Below are positions 9,342 to 19,250 of a stretch of 64,000 nt of DNA, in pieces. Location of the stretch: contig JBAZBR010000001.1 in NCBI GenBank assembly GCA_041671325.1, forward strand, positions 415,504-479,503. The letters run 5' to 3'. This DNA is from Patescibacteria group bacterium. GTDB lineage: Bacteria; Patescibacteriota; Patescibacteriia; PEXW01. Under the pieces are notes generated by a model. It made no database searches, was not told the origin of the DNA, and was given only the letters and a program-made list of their open reading frames with translations. The translations under genes were made by a program, and so were the position numbers. The first letter of the stretch is position 1; each line of letters opens with the position of its first letter.

Positions 9342-11133
9342 AACTAGCCAAAACTCAATGCCATTAGAGAACCTGCCTGAACAATCAAAAAAAAATCCTA
9401 AGATTTACGACATTTTTACTTTTTTTAACGAATTAGACTTATTGGAAATTAGGCTGAATATTTTGGATAAAGTTGTGGATTATTTTGTCATTATTGAATG
9501 CGTGGAAACTTTTTCTGGTTTGCCAAAAATGCTTTATTACCAAGAAAACGCTAAGCGATTCGAAAAATTTAAACATAAAATCATTCACTACGTTGTCGAT
9601 GGTGTCCCTAAGGACTTTAATGATGCCCAGATAATGCTCCAAAACAGCGCTTCTGGTTCATTAGAGCGAGATGCGTTACAAAATGCCCTGACTTCGGATA
9701 ATGTTCCAAAGGGAGTGATCCACTGGCTAAAAGAATTCTATCAAAAAGAAATGATCAAAAATGCATTGCTAAATTTACGGGATGACGATATGTGTTTTGT
9801 CTCCGACGTGGACGAAATCTGGAATCCACGGGTTAAAATTGATTTTACCAAACCTGATGTGTATAAACTCAGACAATTGGTTTATTCGTACTATCTGAAT
9901 AACCGTTCTAATGAACCTTGGGCGGGTACATTAGTAACGAAGTACAAAAATATCAAAAACAACTGTTTAAATCATCTACGGACTTCAAGAAAAACTAAAT
10001 ACACTTATGTAGAAAATGGCGGATGGCATTTTACAAATCAAGGGGGAGCTGAACAAATCAAAATGAAAATCGAATCTTCATATGGACAAGAAGATTATAA
10101 TAACAACAGTATTAAATCAAAAATAACTGAAAGAATTCTTAAAAATAAAGACTACATCGGCAGAAAATTTAAGTTTTGGATCGATGAAAGCGATCTGCCT
10201 AAGTATATACTTGATAATAAAGAAAAATACCGACATTTATTCAACAATCAAACTGATTTAAAGTCAGCTACTGTTTTACCATTGATTATTAAACTGCATG
10301 GAGGCTTAGGCAATCAACTTTTTGAATATGCTTTAGGTCGGAGCCTGGCTTTAACAAAAAATGTTAAAGTAAAATATGACATTTCTTGGTTTGCCGAACA
10401 GACTAAAAGAAAATATGAGTTGGACAACTTCAATGTCAAAGCTGATTTTGCCACAAACAGAGAAGTAAACAAATTAAAAAAATTCCAAAAAAGGACAGGC
10501 TATTGGGGTTTTATTTACAATTTTTTCTTTGCCAATGATGCTGTTTATATTAAGGAAAAACAGTTAAGCTTTGACCCAAAAATTCTGGAAATTACTCCCC
10601 CAGCCTATTTAGAAGGCTACTGGCAAAGTGAAAAATACTTCGCTGGGATTGCCGACCAAATTCGAAAGAATTTTACTTTAAAGAATCTCCCATCCAGACA
10701 TTTGGAAAGCCAAAAAAATGATATTGCTAACTCTAATGCAGTTTCATTGCACATCCGCAGGACAGATTACTTAACCGGCAGTAATGGCTTTTATCACATC
10801 TGCTCCTTGGGATATTATCAAGATGCAATAAAATTAATTGAAAAATCCCAAAAGAACCTAAAATTATTTGTTTTTTCCGACGACATAAATTGGGTAAAAG
10901 AAAATTTAAAGACTAACCAACCTATGGTCTTTTTACAAGGTAATACTAGTTATGAAGACTTAATATTAATGAGTTTATGCAAGCATAATATTATTGCTAA
11001 TAGCACTTTCAGCCTCTGGGGTGCCTGGCTGAATGCCAATCCCAATAAAATTGTAGTTGCACCCAAAAAATGGTTTACCGACCCAAAAATTAGCACTCAA
11101 GATTTGGTGCCAAGTTCTTGGTTTAGAATTTAA
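9310..11133 (+). CDS. GT17-like domain fused to a GT11 alpha-1,2-fucosyltransferase-like domain
   Basis: FFNELDLLEIRL, SDVDEI, GGWHF (GT17); GGLGNQLF, GYWQSE, HIRRTDY, IIANSTFS (GT11). Start uncertain (TTG 9310 or ATG 9358). Confidence 0.8.
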   Translation: MKKLLPKFTNKTSQNSMPLENLPEQSKKNPKIYDIFTFFNELDLLEIRLNILDKVVDYFVIIECVETFSGLPKMLYYQENAKRFEKFKHKIIHYVVDGVPKDFNDAQIMLQNSASGSLERDALQNALTSDNVPKGVIHWLKEFYQKEMIKNALLNLRDDDMCFVSDVDEIWNPRVKIDFTKPDVYKLRQLVYSYYLNNRSNEPWAGTLVTKYKNIKNNCLNHLRTSRKTKYTYVENGGWHFTNQGGAEQIKMKIESSYGQEDYNNNSIKSKITERILKNKDYIGRKFKFWIDESDLPKYILDNKEKYRHLFNNQTDLKSATVLPLIIKLHGGLGNQLFEYALGRSLALTKNVKVKYDISWFAEQTKRKYELDNFNVKADFATNREVNKLKKFQKRTGYWGFIYNFFFANDAVYIKEKQLSFDPKILEITPPAYLEGYWQSEKYFAGIADQIRKNFTLKNLPSRHLESQKNDIANSNAVSLHIRRTDYLTGSNGFYHICSLGYYQDAIKLIEKSQKNLKLFVFSDDINWVKENLKTNQPMVFLQGNTSYEDLILMSLCKHNIIANSTFSLWGAWLNANPNKIVVAPKKWFTDPKISTQDLVPSSWFRI

Positions 11134-11141
11134 ACTTAAGT

Positions 11142-12125
11142 ATGAACAATTTACAAAAGAAAAAAATACTCGTATTTGGCGGATTAGGTTTAATTGGTAG
11201 CTCAACAGCAAGAAAATGCATTGCGGAAGGTGCGTTAGTAACTATAGCTGATAACCGGGCGCCAATGTATGGGGCAAATGATTTTAATATGCAGGACCTG
11301 GAAGGAAAATTTCAGTTGGTTATTGGCGACATCCGAAATGGTGATTTCGTGAACGAAATAGTCAAAGGCCAGGATTATATTTTTAATTTTGCCGCTCAGG
11401 TTAACCACAATTTAAGCATTGAAGACCCGATTTTGGACAATCAAATTAATTGCATCGGCCATATTAATGTCTTAATGGCCTGTAAAAAAAATAACCCCGA
11501 AGCCAAGCTTGCCTATCCTGGCTCAAGATTACAGTACGGCAAAATAAAAAAATTGCCGGTAAATGAATCACACCCTCTCCAACCTTTAAGCGTTTATGCA
11601 ATTCACAAAAACACGGCCGAACAGTATTATCAAGCTTTTTATAAGCATTATGGCATTCGATCAGTCTGTTTTAGAATTACTAATCCCTATGGTCCTCGAG
11701 CTCAAATGAAATCTTCCGGTTATAGCATTATTAATTGGTTTATCCGTCAAGCTTTGGATGATAAAAATATAACTATTTTTGGTGAAGGCACACAAATCCG
11801 AGATTATATTTATATTAATGATTTGATTGCAGGAATTATTACTGCGGTTACTAATCCAAAAACAGACGGCCAAATATATAACCTTGGCTCCGGACTCGCC
11901 ACGCCATTTAAAAAAATGGCCGAATTGGTTATTGAAATCGCGGGCGGAGGTAAACTTAAAAAAGTACCTTGGCCGAAAAATTACGACAATTTTGAAACTG
12001 GTGATTTTTACGCGGACATAACCTCAATTAAATCCGCAATCGATTGGATGCCCTCAACATCCTTAAGGGATGGGGTAAAAAAAACCGTGGAATATTACAA
12101 GCAAAACCGAAAATATTACTGGTAG
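11142..12125 (+). CDS. NAD-dependent epimerase/dehydratase
   Basis: GGLGLIG, YAIHK, NPYGPR, RDYIY. Confidence 0.85.
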   Translation: MNNLQKKKILVFGGLGLIGSSTARKCIAEGALVTIADNRAPMYGANDFNMQDLEGKFQLVIGDIRNGDFVNEIVKGQDYIFNFAAQVNHNLSIEDPILDNQINCIGHINVLMACKKNNPEAKLAYPGSRLQYGKIKKLPVNESHPLQPLSVYAIHKNTAEQYYQAFYKHYGIRSVCFRITNPYGPRAQMKSSGYSIINWFIRQALDDKNITIFGEGTQIRDYIYINDLIAGIITAVTNPKTDGQIYNLGSGLATPFKKMAELVIEIAGGGKLKKVPWPKNYDNFETGDFYADITSIKSAIDWMPSTSLRDGVKKTVEYYKQNRKYYW

Positions 12126-12154
12126 GCAATCCAAGTTAATTAAAGAATTAGCAA

Positions 12155-13171
12155 ATGTTAAAAAAACCTTTAGTAACCGTTGTAATGCCAATTTATAATG
12201 GTGAAGTCCACCTTGAAACTGCCATTAAAAGCATCCTTAATCAGACTTATCCAGATTTTGAATTGCTTATTTTAGATGATGCCTCAACTGATTCCAGTTT
12301 GAAAATTATAAAGTCCTTCAACGACCCGCGGATACGTTTAATCCAAAATGAAGCAAATGCAGGACTTAATAAAACCCTGAATATCGGTTTGGCCGCTGCC
12401 CATAGCGTGTATATTGCCCGCATGGATCAAGATGATATCAGTCATCCTGAACGATTAAAGAAGCAAATTGCTTATCTGGAACAAAATCCAGAAATTGGCG
12501 TCTGCGGGACTGCAGTCGAATTTTTAGCTAAGACCGGTAAAAAAACCAATTTAATTTTCCCCACGGGTAATAACTTAATTAAATGGGCGTTTTGTTTTTA
12601 CAACCCAATTGCTCACCCTACAGTAATGATGCGAAAAAAAATTGTCGAGCAAGTAAATGGCTACTCTACCTTGGAGCATACGCATTACACTGAAGATTAT
12701 GACTTGTGGTACCGACTTCTGCCGATTACGAAATTCCATAATCTTGAAGAACCCTTACTCACCTTGAGGAAACATGAAAGCAACATGACTGTAAAAAACC
12801 TTGAAAAAAATCTTCAAAATGCTGGGACAGTGAACAAGAATTTTCTGGAATATTTTCTTAATCACAAAATCCAGTGGGATTTAATGAATAAGCTGAATAC
12901 AAAAAATGAAATTTATTTTAACCATGTAATATCTACCATTATTGAGCTAGTCAAAAATTTTAAAATTATCCAAAATTTATCCAGGGAAGAGCAAAAATTC
13001 ATAACTTTTGACGCGGCCAGGCGTTTAGTTAACTTGTTTCTGATTAATTTGAAAAATAAAAGCAGTTGGAAATTCTTAAAGACCGCTCTGAACATAGACC
13101 CTTTATTGCCGATCCATTACTTGCTTAATTTTTTTAAATCCGCTAATTCTAATGCCTATAGAAAAGAATAA
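12155..13171 (+). CDS. GT2 glycosyltransferase
   Basis: VVMPIYN, DDASTD, ARMDQDD, EDYDLW. Confidence 0.9.
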   Translation: MLKKPLVTVVMPIYNGEVHLETAIKSILNQTYPDFELLILDDASTDSSLKIIKSFNDPRIRLIQNEANAGLNKTLNIGLAAAHSVYIARMDQDDISHPERLKKQIAYLEQNPEIGVCGTAVEFLAKTGKKTNLIFPTGNNLIKWAFCFYNPIAHPTVMMRKKIVEQVNGYSTLEHTHYTEDYDLWYRLLPITKFHNLEEPLLTLRKHESNMTVKNLEKNLQNAGTVNKNFLEYFLNHKIQWDLMNKLNTKNEIYFNHVISTIIELVKNFKIIQNLSREEQKFITFDAARRLVNLFLINLKNKSSWKFLKTALNIDPLLPIHYLLNFFKSANSNAYRKE

Positions 13172-14372
13172 AAAAAAATTACTAATCGTTGCCATGTCTG
13201 ATAGTATTCACACGGCACGCTGGCTTTCGCAAATCACTGACCAAGGCTGGGATATCCACCTTTTCCCCAGCATGGATCTTGGGGTAGTTCATCCTGAATT
13301 GAATAATATCAATGTCCATCATTCCGTTTATGGTACTCAAGCCAATTTACCAGCAAAAATTAAGTTGGCAGGCATCCCTATATTTTCAAGTTTCTTAGCC
13401 ACTGGCATAAGGTTTATTTTACGAAAATTCTTCCCTTCATACCGCGCAAAACAATTGGCTAGGCTAATCCGTAATCTGAACCCGGACTTAATCCATTCAA
13501 TGGAAACTCAACACGCCGGTTATCTTATGCTAGAAGCTTTAAATGAACTGGACATGAAACTACCGGCTTGGATACACTCTATTTGGGGCAGTGACCTTTA
13601 TTTATTTGCAAAACTTAAAGGACATCAAGCAAAAATACGTGAAGTACTGACCTGCTGCAAATATTTGTGGTGCGAAGGGCAGAGGGATATTAAACTCGCT
13701 CGTGATCTGGGTTTTAAAGGTACTTCCCTACCAGCCTTGCAAGCAACAGGTGGTTTAGACATTAATAAATGTTTAAAATTAAGGAGCCAGGAACTTCCAT
13801 CAAAAAGAAAAATAGTTATTCTTAAAGGTAACCAGGGTTGGGCAGGTAGGGCTTTAATTGGACTTCAAGCATTGGCAAAATGCACTGATTTTCTAAAAAA
13901 TTATAAATTGGTTATCTATTCAGTAAGTCCAAATTCAGAAGTCGAAAAAGCCGCTAAGGTTTTTTTTAGCCAAACAGGAATCCCGATCACAATAATTTTA
14001 AAGGGCATGAAATATGAGGAGTTACTAAAAATATATGGCCGAGCGCGGCTTTCTCTTGCATTAAGCATTAGCGATGGTGTACCGAATTCTTTACTTGAAT
14101 CAATGGTAATGGGCGCCTTTCCTATCCAGTCCAATACTTCTATGGCAGAAGAATGGATTATAGATAGAGAAACCGGATTTTTAACCCCACCAGAAGACTT
14201 ACAAATCATTCAAAAAGCCATAAGCACTGCCATGACAAACGATGTCTTGATTGATTCAGCAGCAGAAAAAAATTTAATGACTATAAAATCAAAATTGGAT
14301 TATAATATCGTGAAAAAGCAAGTGATTAAAATTTATTTAAATATCCTGGATTCTGCTAACCTACATGTTTAA
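13152..14372 (+). CDS. GT4 glycosyltransferase
   Basis: SIHTARW, WGSD, SDGVPNSLLESM. Confidence 0.85.
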   Translation: MPIEKNKKKLLIVAMSDSIHTARWLSQITDQGWDIHLFPSMDLGVVHPELNNINVHHSVYGTQANLPAKIKLAGIPIFSSFLATGIRFILRKFFPSYRAKQLARLIRNLNPDLIHSMETQHAGYLMLEALNELDMKLPAWIHSIWGSDLYLFAKLKGHQAKIREVLTCCKYLWCEGQRDIKLARDLGFKGTSLPALQATGGLDINKCLKLRSQELPSKRKIVILKGNQGWAGRALIGLQALAKCTDFLKNYKLVIYSVSPNSEVEKAAKVFFSQTGIPITIILKGMKYEELLKIYGRARLSLALSISDGVPNSLLESMVMGAFPIQSNTSMAEEWIIDRETGFLTPPEDLQIIQKAISTAMTNDVLIDSAAEKNLMTIKSKLDYNIVKKQVIKIYLNILDSANLHV

Positions 14373-15642
14373 TCCAAGCAAAAAAATTCTAATCGTTTCG
14401 AGCTGGGCTCCGCCAGATATTGGCGGTCCCCAAAGCCTTTACGCTTTTTTTTCCCAATTTCCGCCAGAAAGTTTTGTTATTCTCACCAGTTTTTATTCAG
14501 AACAACAACGCAAAACCGGTAATTGGTTACCTTGTGACTATTATTATTATGATCATCCTCCGGTTTTTTTTAAGGAACAAAAACTTTATCATAAAATCCA
14601 CTTAACTACTTTTTTAAAACAGAAAAAAAATAAAAGTCCAAAAAGACCAAGCAGAATAAAAACAATAGTTAAAAAACTTCCCCTGATAATGGCCATGATT
14701 CTTGGTTATATATTAGTAAAAAAAATAATTAGTTTTTATTCAGCTGGTAAAAAATTAGCATTTGACGAGAATATCCAAGTAATTTTAGGCACTTCGGATT
14801 CAGGGCCTAGCTTAATCGCCGCTTATTTATTAAGCAAGAAATCCGGAAAACCGTTATGTTATTTCCTTTTTGACATTTATAAAGGCAACTTTCTTGAAGC
14901 TCCTAGCAATTGGGTTGCAAACCTCATGGAAAAAAGAATGTTCAAAAAGGCCAGTAAAATATTTATAACAAACGAAGGTACCGCTGAATACTACCGAAAG
15001 CGTTACCCATTTTTACATGATCGATTGTTGATCATCCATAATTCAGTTTTTCCAGAAGAATACGAAAATCAGCGTACATCTTACCAACCAAAACCTCCTT
15101 TCACCATCCTCTTTACCGGTCATGTATATTGGGCCCAGGAACAAAGCGTTTTGAATATGATCAAGGCTATGGACTACTTGACGGATATTCCAGTCAAACT
15201 GGAATTATTCATACCAAATGCCATTGAGAGTATTAAACTGGCAATTAATAAGAAGCCTAATATTACACTGTCATCCGCACCGCCTTCAGAAATGCCAAAA
15301 ATCCAAAGCCGGGCGACATTATTGTTTTTACCTCTGGCGTGGAATACAAAAAGTCCTGACATTGTTGCTACGGCAACTCCTGGCAAATTTACCGGATACC
15401 TTGCTTCTGGACGTCCCATGCTAATCCATGCTCCAGATTATGCCTACGTCAGCCAATATGCGCGAAAAAATAATCTTGGTTTGGTGGTTGATCAAAACAA
15501 TATTCAATTGCTTGCCGATAGTATCCGCGAATTTCTTAAGCACCCCGAACAAGGCCAGATTTTTATCAAGAATTCACTTGAAATCTTCTATCAAAATCAT
15601 GATGCCCGGCAAAACTTCAAAAAATTGACAGAATCGCTGTAA
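14365..15642 (+). CDS. GT4-like glycosyltransferase
   Basis: WAPPDIGG, FTGHVY, PGKFTGYLASGRPML. Confidence 0.75.
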   Translation: MFNPSKKILIVSSWAPPDIGGPQSLYAFFSQFPPESFVILTSFYSEQQRKTGNWLPCDYYYYDHPPVFFKEQKLYHKIHLTTFLKQKKNKSPKRPSRIKTIVKKLPLIMAMILGYILVKKIISFYSAGKKLAFDENIQVILGTSDSGPSLIAAYLLSKKSGKPLCYFLFDIYKGNFLEAPSNWVANLMEKRMFKKASKIFITNEGTAEYYRKRYPFLHDRLLIIHNSVFPEEYENQRTSYQPKPPFTILFTGHVYWAQEQSVLNMIKAMDYLTDIPVKLELFIPNAIESIKLAINKKPNITLSSAPPSEMPKIQSRATLLFLPLAWNTKSPDIVATATPGKFTGYLASGRPMLIHAPDYAYVSQYARKNNLGLVVDQNNIQLLADSIREFLKHPEQGQIFIKNSLEIFYQNHDARQNFKKLTESL

Positions 15643-15740
15643 ATGCTATGATTTTTAAGGTTTTCAAGGTGATAAAACCTTATTTTAAAAAATTCAAGGT
15701 TTGGTTAATTTCACTTAAATATTTTTAACTAAGCTCACTT

Positions 15741-16778
15741 ATGGACGAATTCCAAAAATCTATTGAAGACAAAACTATTTTAGTAACCGGCGGCACGGGT
15801 TCTTTCGGCAATGCGGTAGTAAAAAAACTGCTTGCAAAAAATGTTAAAAAAGTAATCGTCTTCAGTCGAGATGAAAAAAAACAATTTGACATGGGCAATA
15901 AATTCAATTCGGACAAGCTAAGGTTTTATTTAGGCGATATCAGGGATAAAGATTCAATTTCCCATGCCATGTATGGCGTAAATTATGTTTTCCATGCTGC
16001 CGCTTTAAAACAAGTTCCCAATTGCGAATTTTTTCCGTTAGAAGCTATTAGGACAAATTCTTTGGCTGCCCATAATGTCATTGACGCCGCAATTGATAAT
16101 CACGTTGAACGAGTGGTGGTTTTAAGCACTGATAAGGCGGTTTACCCGATTAATGTTATGGGCATGACTAAAGCTTTGATGGAAAAAGTCATGACTGCTG
16201 CTGCGCGTGAAAACAGGAATAAAACCATATTATGCGGAACGCGTTATGGGAATGTTATGTTTACTAGGGGCTCGGTAATCCCCTATTTTATCGATTTAAT
16301 GAAAGCCAACAAACCTTTGCGAATGACCAACGGTAAGATGACTAGATTCATGATGTCTTTGGACCAGTCAATTGATTTAGTGCTTTTTGCCTTAACTAAT
16401 GGCAGTGGCGGTGATATTTACGTCAGAAAAGCCCCGGCTGGCACAGTTGAAAATTTGGCTAAGGCCATGATTGAAATTTTTAAATATGACAAAGGCCTGG
16501 AAGAAATTGGCATTCGCCCAGGCGAAAAAATGCATGAGACTTTAATTTCCTCGGAAGAAACATTTCGGACCGAAGATAAGGGCGACTATTTTAGAATCGC
16601 CCCTGAAGTTCCTAATATGGATTATAAATCTTACTTTTTTAAAGGTCAGGGTAATGAAGCAGTGACAAGCTCTGGCTACACTTCAGCAAACACGAAACAA
16701 TTAACTGTGCCTGAGATAAAAGATCTGCTTTTAAGCTTAGGGGAAGTCAGGCAGGAAATAGCAAATTTTAAGAACTAG
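15741..16778 (+). CDS. fnlA: UDP-GlcNAc 4,6-dehydratase/5-epimerase (FnlA/WbjB/CapE family)
   Basis: GGTGSFG, SRDEKKQ, HAAALKQVP, STDKAVYPINVMG, RYGNV, GIRPGEK. Confidence 0.88.
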   Translation: MDEFQKSIEDKTILVTGGTGSFGNAVVKKLLAKNVKKVIVFSRDEKKQFDMGNKFNSDKLRFYLGDIRDKDSISHAMYGVNYVFHAAALKQVPNCEFFPLEAIRTNSLAAHNVIDAAIDNHVERVVVLSTDKAVYPINVMGMTKALMEKVMTAAARENRNKTILCGTRYGNVMFTRGSVIPYFIDLMKANKPLRMTNGKMTRFMMSLDQSIDLVLFALTNGSGGDIYVRKAPAGTVENLAKAMIEIFKYDKGLEEIGIRPGEKMHETLISSEETFRTEDKGDYFRIAPEVPNMDYKSYFFKGQGNEAVTSSGYTSANTKQLTVPEIKDLLLSLGEVRQEIANFKN

Positions 16779-16786
16779 CCTATTTT

Positions 16787-17155
16787 ATGATTGAAGATTT
16801 GTTGATTAAAGAAGACCCCCGGGGAAAATTAATTGAAATTTTCAAAGTTCCCAACTTCGGACAAATCCATTATTCCACTTCCAAACCAGGGGTAATACGA
16901 GGCAACCACTACCATACCAGGAAGATTGAAAAATTTTGCGTTATTGAGGGTCAAGGCAAAATATGCTTAAGAAACCGGAAAACCGATGAACGAAAGGAAT
17001 TTTTGGTATCAGGTCAAAAACCACAGGTCGTTGAAATGTCGGTCAATTGGACGCATAACATCCAAAATGTCGGTGAAACAGAAATGAAATTATTAGTCTG
17101 GAACAGTGAAATTTTTAATCCCCAAGACCCTGACACTTTTCCGGAAGAAGTTTAG
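16787..17155 (+). CDS. Stand-alone cupin like the WbjC/CapF epimerase domain
   Basis: DPRG, RGNHYHTRKIEKF, DPDT. Confidence 0.8.
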   Translation: MIEDLLIKEDPRGKLIEIFKVPNFGQIHYSTSKPGVIRGNHYHTRKIEKFCVIEGQGKICLRNRKTDERKEFLVSGQKPQVVEMSVNWTHNIQNVGETEMKLLVWNSEIFNPQDPDTFPEEV

Positions 17156-17175
17156 CAACTTAACCAATATATCCT

Positions 17176-18318
17176 ATGGACTTGAAAAAAAGTAACTTAA
17201 AAGTAATGACAATTTTCGGCACCCGGCCGGAAATTATCAGAATGTCGAGAGTTTTTGCCAAGCTTGATCAATTCGTCAACCACATTATGGTCCACACCGG
17301 CCAAAGCTTTGATTATGAAATGGATAAAGTTTTTTTTGAGGAATTGGGAATCCGCAAACCAGATTATTTTTTAGAAATAAAATCTGAAACCTTAGGCGGC
17401 CAGATTGCGAATGTTATCCTAAAAAGCGAAGAGGTTTTTAAGAAAGAAATGCCGGATGCTTTGGTTCTGCTTGGTGATACCAACAGCGCTCTTTCAACCA
17501 TCATCGCCAAACGGATGAAAATCCCGATTTTCCATTTGGAAGCTGGCAATAGAAGTTTTGACGAGAATGTCCCTGAGGAAATTAATCGCCGTATTGTTGA
17601 CCATATTAGCGATCTCAACTTCCCTTATAGCGAAAATGCTCGGCTTAATCTTTTACGCGAAGGCATCCACCCTGGAAAAATGTTCACCACAGGTTCCCCA
17701 CTGCCCGAAGTTCTCGAATACCATAAGCAATCAATCACCAAATCAACAATTTTAGATGACCTTAAATTAGAACCAAAAGCCTATTTCTTGGTGAGTATCC
17801 ATCGGGAAGAAAATGTTGACTCTGAAAAACAACTTTCGATCCTAATTGAAATATTGAATACAGTTGCGGAAAAATACAATTTTCCGCTTATTGTAACTAC
17901 CCACCCCCGAACCAAAAAACGATTAGATGAGCATAAATTTACGCCACATAAACTCATTAATTTCCATAAACCCTTTGGTTTTTTTGAATATGTTCACTTA
18001 CAAATGAATGCTTTTTGCGTGCTTTCAGACAGCGGAACAATCCAAGAAGAATGCTCAAATTTAGGTTTCCCAGCAATACAAGTCCGAAACAGTTCTGAAA
18101 GACCAGAAGCCTTTGATGAGGGCGTAACAATTCTCACTGGTTTGGATAAAGACATCGTTTTGAAATCCATTGAAATTATAACCCAGCAAAAAATCGAGGG
18201 TCTAAAGTTCAATATCCCCCAAGCCTACAAAGATACCAACTTTTCAAGCAAGGTCTTAAGGCACATTGTTGGTTTGGCAAAAATCACCAAAAAAAGACGC
18301 GGCGACCCAATGGTATAA
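17176..18318 (+). CDS. wecB: UDP-N-acetylhexosamine 2-epimerase (FnlC/WbjD/WecB family)
   Basis: GTRPEIIR, HTGQ, LGDTNS, EAGNRS, PEEINR, SDSG. Confidence 0.9.
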   Translation: MDLKKSNLKVMTIFGTRPEIIRMSRVFAKLDQFVNHIMVHTGQSFDYEMDKVFFEELGIRKPDYFLEIKSETLGGQIANVILKSEEVFKKEMPDALVLLGDTNSALSTIIAKRMKIPIFHLEAGNRSFDENVPEEINRRIVDHISDLNFPYSENARLNLLREGIHPGKMFTTGSPLPEVLEYHKQSITKSTILDDLKLEPKAYFLVSIHREENVDSEKQLSILIEILNTVAEKYNFPLIVTTHPRTKKRLDEHKFTPHKLINFHKPFGFFEYVHLQMNAFCVLSDSGTIQEECSNLGFPAIQVRNSSERPEAFDEGVTILTGLDKDIVLKSIEIITQQKIEGLKFNIPQAYKDTNFSSKVLRHIVGLAKITKKRRGDPMV

Positions 18319-18349
18319 TTTTCGATAAATTTACTAAATAAGAATTTTC

Positions 18350-19237
18350 ATGAAGACAGTTGCGATTACTGGGCCGACAGAAATGCTCGGCAGCATGGTC
18401 TATAATGTTCTAAAAAATAAATACAATCTAATTCTCATTTGCGATGAAAATGATGATTTTGAATTGCTTGAAAAGACTTATAGTCATACCTCAAAACATA
18501 AGCAATTAAAAATAAAACTACATGCTTTGTACCAAGACTACCTGGCTGGCTTTTCGGATAAGCCTATTGGCGTAAATTTTAAAAAAATGGTTTCTGAAAT
18601 TGGCCAAATTGATGCAATCATTAATTGTTTAACCATCACCAAGCCCAATTTAACAACCGACCCAGTAATGGCATTTTTTATCAATGGTTGTTTGCCCCAT
18701 GTTTTAAGCCGCTTTTACAAAGAAAAACTGATTCATATTACAACTGACTGTGTCTTTGATGGTTTAAATGGCGCCCCTTATACTGAAGACTCCATATTTA
18801 ATCCAACAGATTTTTATGGACTTACCAGGAGCTTGGGCGAACCGAATAAACAATCATTGGTATTGCGTACTTCTACAATTGGCCCAGAAATCCAAGGATT
18901 TAACCTGTTTTTGGAATGGTTTAAGAAGCAGGAAGGAAACACTATTAAAGGTTTTACCAACCATTTATGGAATGGCATTACTACCAAGCAATTCGGGGAA
19001 ATCTGCGATAAAATAATTTTTGACCGCCAAAATTACCCCGCCAATGGCCTGTACCATATTTTTTCAAACGAAGTTACAAAATTTGAGATGCTTACAAAAT
19101 TCAAAGAAAAATTTAATATTAAAGTAAATATTGAAGCAGAAAAATCAACACCTATTGATAGGCGTTTGGCTACCAAAAAAGATTTATGTGCGAAACTGCA
19201 AATCCCCTCTTTTGAAAATATGCTTTTAGATTTATAA
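18350..19237 (+). CDS. RmlD-like NDP-4-keto sugar reductase
   Basis: HITTDCVFDG, YGLTR, LRTSTIGPE, WNGITT; Rossmann motif degenerate (GPTEMLG). Confidence 0.75.
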   Translation: MKTVAITGPTEMLGSMVYNVLKNKYNLILICDENDDFELLEKTYSHTSKHKQLKIKLHALYQDYLAGFSDKPIGVNFKKMVSEIGQIDAIINCLTITKPNLTTDPVMAFFINGCLPHVLSRFYKEKLIHITTDCVFDGLNGAPYTEDSIFNPTDFYGLTRSLGEPNKQSLVLRTSTIGPEIQGFNLFLEWFKKQEGNTIKGFTNHLWNGITTKQFGEICDKIIFDRQNYPANGLYHIFSNEVTKFEMLTKFKEKFNIKVNIEAEKSTPIDRRLATKKDLCAKLQIPSFENMLLDL

Positions 19238-19250
19238 TAACAAAAACTTA

